62,435 nucleotides of DNA from NCBI GenBank assembly GCA_964425305.1, contig CAYRMQ010000005.1:1-62435 (forward strand), given 5' to 3'. Made by a program: the position numbers and the translations under genes. The stretch's first letter is position 1. Each line of letters begins with the position of its first letter. Of the stretch, positions 19,436 through 26,650 are shown piece after piece. Source of the stretch: an uncultured Anaerolineaceae bacterium (GTDB lineage: Bacteria > Chloroflexota > Limnocylindria > Limnocylindrales > CSP1-4). The notes below the pieces were generated by a model. It was not told the DNA's origin. It worked only from the letters and a program-made list of their open reading frames with translations, and made no database searches.

Positions 19436-19575
19436 ATTTGCGTTGATCACTCCGCGCAGCGCGGACGCCGCGTTCGAACGGTGAGGTGTGCGTATCAAAC
19501 GGAGACCTGCTTTCGGCTCTGATGCTTCAGCGTGACGCGGCACCAGCTCCAGGCACGGCCCAGGCCGCCCCCGCC

Positions 19576-20178
19576 TCAGTCGCGGCGCAGCGCGCGCAGC
19601 GCGCCCTTGACACGCTCCTCGAGCGACGCTCCCGGCGGCAGCGCGGCGACGGCGCCGCGGGCGGCCTCGCGCGCCTCGGAGGCGCTGTAGCCGAGCGCCT
19701 GCAGCGCGGCGACGACCTCACTCTCAGCGGCGCCCGCCCGATCGCGCCCGCCACCGGCGGCGACAGCCTCTCCGCCGGCGACCGCCACCTTCTCCTTCAG
19801 CTCGAGCACGACCCGCGCGGCCAGCTTCTTGCCCACGCCCGGCACGGCGGTCAGCACCGCCTCGTCGCCCTGAAAGACGGCCAGCTGCAGGTCCTTCGCC
19901 GGCCGCGACGAGACGATCGCCAGCGCCACCTTCGGGCCGACGCCGGTGACGGTCAGCAGCAGCTCGAAGAAGGCCAGCTCCTCGGATGTCCGGAACCCGT
20001 AGAGCGCCTGCTGGTCCTCGCGCACGAGATGGTGCGTCAGCAGCCGGGCCGAGGTCCCCTCGCGCAGGCCGGCCAGCGTGCCCGTCCCGCAGAAGACGCG
20101 ATAGCCGACACCGGCGACATCGACGACCACCGAGTCGTGGCCGACCGACACGACGGTTCCCTCGACGAACGCGATCAC
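19576..20178 (-). CDS. ruvA: Holliday junction DNA helicase RuvA
   Basis: MIAFVEGTV...VDVAGVGYRV OB-fold N-terminus, HhH motifs (VTGVGPKVALAI, VPGVGKKLAARV) and C-terminal domain III. Confidence 0.93.
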   Translation of the reverse strand: MIAFVEGTVVSVGHDSVVVDVAGVGYRVFCGTGTLAGLREGTSARLLTHHLVREDQQALYGFRTSEELAFFELLLTVTGVGPKVALAIVSSRPAKDLQLAVFQGDEAVLTAVPGVGKKLAARVVLELKEKVAVAGGEAVAAGGGRDRAGAAESEVVAALQALGYSASEAREAARGAVAALPPGASLEERVKGALRALRRD

Positions 20179-20196
20179 CCGCTCAGCCGAGCCCGG

Positions 20197-20676
20197 TCAG
20201 GCGGCCGGTCGCCGGGCGTGGGCCAGGCAGATGGCCACCGCCAGCGCGTCGGCGGCATCGTCGGGGCGCGGCAGGGCGGGCATACCCAGCACGACCTGGA
20301 CCATCCGCTGGACCTGCTCCTTGCCGGCGCGGCCGTAGCCGGTGACCGCCATCTTGACCTCGTGCGGGCCGTACTCGAAGACCGGCAGGCCGTGCTCGGC
20401 GGCGGCGAGCAGCACCGCCCCGCGCGCCTGGCCGACGGCGAAGGCGGTCTGGACGTTGCGGTTGAAGAAGAGCCGCTCGACGCCGAGCAGCGCCGGCCGG
20501 TGCAGCTCGATCAGCTGGCTGACCGCGCTGTGGATCTCCAGCAGGCGCTGTGGCAACTCGACTCCGGCCCGCGTCTCGACGCAACCGTAGTCGATCGCGC
20601 GCAGCCGGCTGCCGTTGCGCTCGACGATGCCGTAGCCGGTGGCGGCGGTGCCCGGGTCGATGCCCAGTACGATCAC
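20197..20676 (-). CDS. ruvC: crossover junction endodeoxyribonuclease RuvC
   Basis: [18 protein letters not shown]..., [12 protein letters not shown] and [12 protein letters not shown] are typical RuvC motifs. Confidence 0.93.
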   Translation of the reverse strand: MIVLGIDPGTAATGYGIVERNGSRLRAIDYGCVETRAGVELPQRLLEIHSAVSQLIELHRPALLGVERLFFNRNVQTAFAVGQARGAVLLAAAEHGLPVFEYGPHEVKMAVTGYGRAGKEQVQRMVQVVLGMPALPRPDDAADALAVAICLAHARRPAA

Positions 20677-20698
20677 CGCCCGCCCCCCGACGCGGCGG

Positions 20699-21451
20699 TC
20701 AAGACGCGGCAGCCTCGGCCAGGACTTCGGCCGGCAGATCGAAGTTGGCGCTGACCCGTTGCACGTCGTCGAGGTCCTCGAGCGACTCGATCAGGCGCAG
20801 GTTCTGGCGCGCCGTCTGCTCGTCGACCTCGATCGGCGTCTTGGGCTGCATCGTCAGCTCGGCCGATTCGACGCGCACGCCCTGCTCCTCGAGCGTCCGC
20901 CTGACGGCCTCCAGCTGGCCGGGGTCGGTCAGGATCTCGATCAGGTCGCCGTCCAGATCGACATCGGCCGCCCCGGCGTCGATCGCCGTCAGCGCCACGT
21001 CGTCGGGATCCTGCCCGTCGCGCGGGACGGCGACCACGCCACGCGGCTCGAACTGCCATACCACGGCACCCGCGCCGGCGAGCTGCCCGCCGGCGCGGGT
21101 GAAGATCGAGCGCACGTCGGCGACCGTCCGGTTGCGGTTGTCTGTCGCGGCCTCGACCAGGATTGCCACGCCGCCGGGTCCGTAGCCCTCGTAGACGATC
21201 TCCTCGTACTGCTCGGCCGCCGAGCCGCCCGACGCGCGTTCGATGGCGCGCTTGATGTTGTCGGCGGGCATGTTGACCGAACGCGCCTTCTCGACTGCCA
21301 GCCGCAGGCGGTGGTTGGCGTCGGGATCGGGCCCGCCCTCGCGCGCGGCGATCGTGATCTCGCGCCCGACCTTGGTGAAGACCTGGCCGCGCCTGGCGTC
21401 ATTGGCGCCCTTCTGGCGCTTGATCTGGGACCACTTGGAATGACCGGACAT
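20699..21451 (-). CDS. yebC: YebC/PmpR family DNA-binding transcriptional regulator
   Basis: [27 protein letters not shown]... is the canonical YebC N-terminus. Full length is 250 aa. Confidence 0.93.
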   Translation of the reverse strand: MSGHSKWSQIKRQKGANDARRGQVFTKVGREITIAAREGGPDPDANHRLRLAVEKARSVNMPADNIKRAIERASGGSAAEQYEEIVYEGYGPGGVAILVEAATDNRNRTVADVRSIFTRAGGQLAGAGAVVWQFEPRGVVAVPRDGQDPDDVALTAIDAGAADVDLDGDLIEILTDPGQLEAVRRTLEEQGVRVESAELTMQPKTPIEVDEQTARQNLRLIESLEDLDDVQRVSANFDLPAEVLAEAAAS

Positions 21452-21460
21452 CGAGCCGCG

Positions 21461-21472
21461 ATTCTATATGAT
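21461..21472. promoter_or_regulatory. back-to-back -10-like hexamers (TAGAAT on minus for yebC, TATGAT on plus for the EF-G paralog)
   Basis: Minus strand reads TAGAAT cgcggctcg ATG (9 nt to the yebC start, no SD). On the plus strand TATGAT at 21467-21472 is followed by a ~90-nt leader with GGAGGG upstream of ATG 21565. Confidence 0.35.
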
Positions 21473-21564
21473 GGCCTCACCGTTTCTGAGGGCGCCGACG
21501 GCCCCCAGCCACCGGCCCGCGGCACCTCGTCCACGCCCATACGATCCGGAGGGCTGCCCTTCGT

Positions 21565-23634
21565 ATGAATGCCGCCGACATGCCACGCCTGCGCAACGTC
21601 GTCCTGGCCGGCCATTCCGGCTCGGGCAAGACAACGCTCGCCGAGCACCTGCTCTACGCCACGAAGGCGATCACACGCCTGGGCAAGGTCGACGACGGGA
21701 CGGCCAGCCTCGACTTCGAGCCGGAGGAGCAGAAGCGCAAGCTGTCGCTGTCGCTGGCCGTCGCCACGCTGGAGCACGACGGCCACCGCATCACGCTCCT
21801 CGACACGCCGGGCTACGCCGACTTCTCGGGCGAGGTCCTCGAGGGCTTTGCCGCCGCCGACGCCGCGCTGATCACGATGGACGCGTCGGGCGGCGTGGAG
21901 GCCGGCACGGAGCGCGCCATCGCGCTCGGCCGCTCGCACGGCACGGCCGCCATCTTCGTCATCACCCGCTGCGAGCGCGAGAACGCCGATCCCACCGCCG
22001 CGCTCGACGCCCTGCGCGGCGCGTTCGGGACCAAGATCGCGCCACTCCACGTGGCCATCGGCAAGGCCGACGGCTTCAAGGGCTACGTCGATCTCGTCCA
22101 CCGCAAGGCGTACGCCTGGGATGGAGGCAAGCGCAGCGAGGTGCCCGTCCCCGACGATCTCGCCGACGAGGTCGCGCGCCGCCGCGACCAGCTGCTCGAG
22201 GCCGCCGCCGAGGCCGACGACGACGTGCTGACCAAGTACCTCGAGGGCGAGGAGGTCAGCGACGAGGAGCTCGAGGCGTGCCTCCATCGCGGCGTGCGCG
22301 ACAGCATCCTGGCGCCGGTGATGGTCGCCTCGGCCGCCCGCGACATCGGCATCGACGGGCTGCTCGATGCCATCGTCCGCTACCTGCCCTCCCCCGACGA
22401 GGAGAAACCGGTCAAGGTCCTCGATGGCTCGGACGGGGAGGTCGAGGTCGCGCCCGATCCCGCCGGCCCGCTGGTCGCGCACGTCTTCAAGACGACCGCC
22501 GACCCGTTCGTCGGCCGGCTGACCTACTTCCGCGTCTACTCCGGCCGGATCAGCAGCCACGACCACGTCTGGAACGCGGGCCGCGGCGAGGAGGAGCGCA
22601 TCGGCCAGGTGCTGCGCGTGAAGGGCAAGGACACCGAGCCGGTGGGCACGCTGGCTGCGGGCGAGATCGGCGCCGTCGCCAAGCTCGTCCACACCTTCAC
22701 CGGCGACACGCTCAGCACGAAGGACAGGCCCTTCCGGCTGCCGCCGATGGACTTCCCCGAGCCGACGCTGCCGGTGGCCATCGAGCCGCAGACGAAGGCC
22801 GACCTGGACAAGATGGGCACGGCCCTCGCGCGCATGCTCGAGGAGGATCCGAGCGTCCGCGTCGACCGCCAGGCCGAGACCGGCGAGCAGCTGCTGTGGG
22901 CGCAGGGCGAGAACCAGATCCAGGTCATCATCGAGCGGCTGAAGCGCAAGTTTGGCGCGTCAGTCGTGACGCGCCCGCCGCGCGTCCCGTACCGCGAGAC
23001 GATCCGCGGCAGGACACAGGCCGAGGGCCGGCACAAGAAGCAGACGGGCGGGCGCGGCCAGTTCGGCCACGTCTGGCTCGAGATCGAGCCCAATCCCGGC
23101 GGCGGCGTCCAGTTCACCGAGCGCATCGTCGGCGGCGCCGTGCCGCGGCAGTACTTCCCCGGCGTCGAGAAGGGCGTGCGTGACGTGGCCGAGAAGGGGC
23201 CGCTGGCCGGCTACCCGGTGGTCGACTTCAGGGCGACGCTCTACGACGGCTCGTTCCATACCGTCGACTCGGACGAGATCTCGTTCCGCCAGGCGGCCCA
23301 GATGGCCATGCGCAAGGGCATCCCGGAGGCTGACCCGGTGCTGCTCGAGCCGATCATGGACGTCGAGGTGCGCGTGCCCGAGGAGTTCATGGGCGACGTC
23401 AACCGCGACCTCACCACGCGCCGCGGCCGGGTGCTGGGCATGGACTCGGCCGACGGCATGCAGGTCGTGCGCGCCCACGTGCCGCAGTCCGAGCTGTTCA
23501 CCTACGCCACCGAGCTGCGCTCGATCACCGGCGGTCGCGGCGGCTTCAGGGCGTCGCTCGACCACTACGAGGAAGTGCCGTCGCACGTCGCCCAGAAGAT
23601 CATCGACCAGCACCGCAAGGAAGAACAGGGCTAG
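21565..23634 (+). CDS. elongation factor G paralog (EF-G2-like GTPase)
   Basis: G1 AGHSGSGKTT (not the canonical AHIDAGKTT), G3 DTPGYADF, and five-domain EF-G architecture ending ...HYEEVPSHVAQKII. Confidence 0.9.
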   Translation: MNAADMPRLRNVVLAGHSGSGKTTLAEHLLYATKAITRLGKVDDGTASLDFEPEEQKRKLSLSLAVATLEHDGHRITLLDTPGYADFSGEVLEGFAAADAALITMDASGGVEAGTERAIALGRSHGTAAIFVITRCERENADPTAALDALRGAFGTKIAPLHVAIGKADGFKGYVDLVHRKAYAWDGGKRSEVPVPDDLADEVARRRDQLLEAAAEADDDVLTKYLEGEEVSDEELEACLHRGVRDSILAPVMVASAARDIGIDGLLDAIVRYLPSPDEEKPVKVLDGSDGEVEVAPDPAGPLVAHVFKTTADPFVGRLTYFRVYSGRISSHDHVWNAGRGEEERIGQVLRVKGKDTEPVGTLAAGEIGAVAKLVHTFTGDTLSTKDRPFRLPPMDFPEPTLPVAIEPQTKADLDKMGTALARMLEEDPSVRVDRQAETGEQLLWAQGENQIQVIIERLKRKFGASVVTRPPRVPYRETIRGRTQAEGRHKKQTGGRGQFGHVWLEIEPNPGGGVQFTERIVGGAVPRQYFPGVEKGVRDVAEKGPLAGYPVVDFRATLYDGSFHTVDSDEISFRQAAQMAMRKGIPEADPVLLEPIMDVEVRVPEEFMGDVNRDLTTRRGRVLGMDSADGMQVVRAHVPQSELFTYATELRSITGGRGGFRASLDHYEEVPSHVAQKIIDQHRKEEQG

Positions 23635-23637
23635 GCG

Positions 23638-24786
23638 GTGGCCGCCGGTTCGGGGGCGCCCGCCGGTTCGGGGCCGCCCGCCGGCTCGGGCACGGCCGCG
23701 ACCGCTTCGCAGGTCTACACGTGGGAGCCGTCCAACGCCGCCATCGCCGCCCGCTACGACCTCGATCCGGCACAGATCCTGCGCTTCGACACCAACACCT
23801 CGCCTCTGGCGCCGGCCTTCGTCGAGGAGGCGCTGCGCGGGCCGTTCGAGCCGCCGCTCAACGAGTACCCTGATTCGTCCTACGCCGAGCTGACCGAGGC
23901 GGCGGCGGCCTACGCCGGAGCGCAGCCGCACGAGATCATCGTCGGGGCCGGCGCCGACGAGGTGCTCGACATGGTCGCCAAGGCCTATCTGCCGGCCGGC
24001 TCGGCGGCGCTCGTGCCGATCCCCACCTACGCGATGTACGGGGTCCTGACGTCACAGCGCGCGGCGCGCATCGTGTCCGTGCCGCGGCTCGGCCCTGAGG
24101 CGGGCTACGCGCTCGACCTGGCCGCGGTCTCGGCCCGCCTCGAGGAAGCGGCCGTCGTCTGGCTATGCGCGCCGAACAACCCGACCGGCGGGCCGGAGAC
24201 GCCCGAGGCGATCGAGGAGATCGTGGCCAACGCAGCGCGGCTGGCCGAGCCTCGGCTGGTCGTTGTCGATGAGGCCTACTTCGAGTTCGACGGACGGACG
24301 GTCGTCGGCTGGCGCGACAGGTACCCGAACCTGCTCGCCGTGCGGACGGTGTCGAAGGCCTTCGCGCTGCCCGCTATCCGCGTCGGCTGGGGCGTCGCCT
24401 CGCGCGAAGTGATCGCCCGCCTCGAGCGCGTCCGCCCGCCAGGCAGCATCTCGACCGTGTCGGCGCACGTGGCTGCCGTGGCCCTGCGCCGGCCGGAGCT
24501 GGCCCGCCGCAACGCCGAGGAAGTCGCGCGTGAGCGCGAGTGGCTGGCCACGCAACTCGTGGACGCCGGCTGGAGTGGGCAGCCGAGCGTGACCAATTTC
24601 CTGCTCGTTCGCATCGGCGACCACCAGGCAGCCGAGCAGGCGGCGGAGGGCCTGCTGCGGGCGGGCATCGTCCCGCGCACCTTCGGACCGGCCAATCCCC
24701 TGCGCGGCCACCTCCGCCTGACTGTCCGCAGCCGTCCTGAGAACGAGCGCCTGCTGGAGGTCGTGCGCAGCCTGCGCGGGGCGTAG
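23638..24786 (+). CDS. class I/II aminotransferase, histidinol-phosphate aminotransferase-like
   Basis: LRFDTNTSP, YPDSSYAEL, CAPNNPTG and SKAFALPAIRVGW (PLP-lysine context) resemble HisC. GTG start. The N-terminus carries three AGSG repeats. Confidence 0.85.
   Translation: MAAGSGAPAGSGPPAGSGTAATASQVYTWEPSNAAIAARYDLDPAQILRFDTNTSPLAPAFVEEALRGPFEPPLNEYPDSSYAELTEAAAAYAGAQPHEIIVGAGADEVLDMVAKAYLPAGSAALVPIPTYAMYGVLTSQRAARIVSVPRLGPEAGYALDLAAVSARLEEAAVVWLCAPNNPTGGPETPEAIEEIVANAARLAEPRLVVVDEAYFEFDGRTVVGWRDRYPNLLAVRTVSKAFALPAIRVGWGVASREVIARLERVRPPGSISTVSAHVAAVALRRPELARRNAEEVAREREWLATQLVDAGWSGQPSVTNFLLVRIGDHQAAEQAAEGLLRAGIVPRTFGPANPLRGHLRLTVRSRPENERLLEVVRSLRGA
23641..23694. repeat. 3 x 18-nt tandem repeat at the 5' end of the aminotransferase gene
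   Basis: GCCGCCGGTTCGGGGGCG / CCCGCCGGTTCGGGGCCG / CCCGCCGGCTCGGGCACG read directly. They encode (A/P)AGSG(A/P/T) three times. Confidence 0.85.
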
Positions 24787-24842
24787 GATTAGCGGCGAGC
24801 GTCCCGGGCCCCAGACCCGGCCGCGCCTGGAGGAGGAGTGCC

Positions 24843-26099
24843 GTGCTCAGGTCCGCCATCGCCGTCGTCACCACCCTGATCCTGCTGGCCCTGCTTGTCG
24901 CGATCCCGGCTGGCGCCGTCGCCAAACCGGATCCCGTCCGCTTCGCCACGTTCAACGCTTCGCTCAATCGCAACTTCGCCAGCCAACTGGTGAGCGACCT
25001 GTCGACGACAGGCAACGCTCAGGCTCAGACGATCGCCGAGATCATTCAGCGCACGCGACCGAACGTGCTGCTCATCAACGAGTTCGACTTCGTCGAGGAA
25101 GGCCTGGCAGCCGAGCTCTTCCAGAAGAACTACCTGTCCGTCAGCCAGAACGGCGCCGACCCGATCGACTACCCCTACCGCTTCGTGGCGCCCTCCAACA
25201 CGGGCATCCCGTCCGGCTTCGACCTCGACAACAACGGCTTCGTCGGTGGGCCCAACGACGCCTTTGGCTTCGGCTTCTTCCCGGGCCAGTTCGGTATGGC
25301 CGTCTACAGCATGTACCCCATCGCATACGACGATGTGCGCACCTTCCAGCTCTTCCTCTGGAAGGACATGCCAGGGGCCCTACTGCCCGACGATCCCAGG
25401 ACACCAGAGCCGGCCGACTGGTACTCGGACGAGGAACTTGACGTCTTCCGACTCTCCTCCAAGAGCCACTGGGACGTGCCCATTCAGATCGGGGCGCGGC
25501 AGGTTCACTTCCTGGTCAGCCACCCAACGCCGCCGGTCTTTGACGACCCGCCCTTCTTCCCGGCCGGCGTCGACTTCAACGGCCGACGGAACTTCGACGA
25601 GATCCGCTTTTGGGCGGACTACATCACGCCCGGCCCGACCTCCTCGTACATCTATGACGACGACGGCAACTTCGGCGGCCTGAAGCCGGGCGCGATGTTC
25701 GTCATTGCCGGCGACCAGAACAGCGACCCGCTGGACGGCGACAGCATCCCCGGATCCATCCAGCAGCTGCTCGAGCACCCGCTGGTCAACACCAAGGTCA
25801 CGCCGGACAGCGAGGGCGCCGTCGAGGCCAGCCAGCTGCAGGGCGGTGCAAATACCACCCACCAAAGCGACCCTCGCTTCGACACCGCCGACTTCAATGA
25901 CAGCGCGCCGGGCAACCTGCGCGCCGACTACGTCCTGCCGCGCAAGAACCTGCGCATCACCGACGCCGCAGTGTTCTGGCCTACTCAGGACGACCCGCTC
26001 TTCCGCCTGACGGGTGTCTTCCCCTTCCCGAGCTCAGACCACCGCCTCGTCTGGATCGACGTCAACGTCCCCGGCTCGGCCGCCCGCACCAGCCGCTAG
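24843..26099 (+). CDS. secreted endonuclease/exonuclease/phosphatase (EEP) family protein
   Basis: GGAGGAGGAG upstream of the GTG, signal peptide, then VRFATFNASLNR...PNVLLINEFDF...SDHRLVWIDV, typical of EEP-fold hydrolases. Confidence 0.8.
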   Translation: MLRSAIAVVTTLILLALLVAIPAGAVAKPDPVRFATFNASLNRNFASQLVSDLSTTGNAQAQTIAEIIQRTRPNVLLINEFDFVEEGLAAELFQKNYLSVSQNGADPIDYPYRFVAPSNTGIPSGFDLDNNGFVGGPNDAFGFGFFPGQFGMAVYSMYPIAYDDVRTFQLFLWKDMPGALLPDDPRTPEPADWYSDEELDVFRLSSKSHWDVPIQIGARQVHFLVSHPTPPVFDDPPFFPAGVDFNGRRNFDEIRFWADYITPGPTSSYIYDDDGNFGGLKPGAMFVIAGDQNSDPLDGDSIPGSIQQLLEHPLVNTKVTPDSEGAVEASQLQGGANTTHQSDPRFDTADFNDSAPGNLRADYVLPRKNLRITDAAVFWPTQDDPLFRLTGVFPFPSSDHRLVWIDVNVPGSAARTSR

Positions 26100-26650
26100 C
26101 TGGCCGGCTGAGCTTTCGCGGGTCCTCGGGAGGCGCTGTCCGAATTCGGCGAGCCGGCGACCGGCGCGCGAGTGGGCGTCCGCCCGTGCCCGGCGGTCCA
26201 ATCGCGATCCTTCCCCTCAAGCGGAACCATCGTTGACAGTTGGGGTTCGGTCAGCCGTGACGCCGTGAACGCCCGCCTCGCCGGCCAGCCATGCCGCGAT
26301 CGGCCAGGCGCGGCGCTCGATGCGGTAGACGACCTTCCGTCCATCGACGTACGAGGGCCGTGGCGCGATCACTCCCCTGCGCTGTAAGCACTCGCAGCCG
26401 GCGCGCCCTGGTACGCCAGCTCAGGCCCATGCAGGGCGATGATCCGTCACAGCGGTGGGTCGTCCGAGAGCTGAATTCGGGTTGCCGTTATGTGGGCACC
26501 ATGGCGCGATCGTCTGGCGCCCACGCCTTCACGGCCGAACACCCTGATGTGGGCGATCGTTCCGCATGGTTGGAAGGATCGCAAAGTCGGGTCCTCGGAG
26601 CAGGATACGTCGCTGATGGTGATCGGCGGTGCTGTCCTCTACCACGCGAT

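Noticed and set aside
19466-19482. GTTCGAAC palindrome as a possible LexA (Cheo/SOS) box near ruvA/ruvB.
   Set aside because: It does not fit GAAC-N4-GTTC spacing, and no second half-site is present. A single 8-bp palindrome is not enough.
19040-19575. Tested the long ruvA-RNHCP spacer for known RNAs (RNase P, tmRNA, 6S, cobalamin, ZTP, T-box).
   Set aside because: None of the signature sequences I can recall (GAGGAAAGTCC, a tag ORF with ..CCA end, GCCACTG B12 box, GGGTGGTACCGCG) is present. It is kept only as an unclassified candidate leader.
26250-26645. Calling an ArsR-type pseudogene as a feature.
   Set aside because: Similarity is fragmentary, spread over three frames and judged only by eye. 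It is reported as a low-interest finding rather than an annotated feature.
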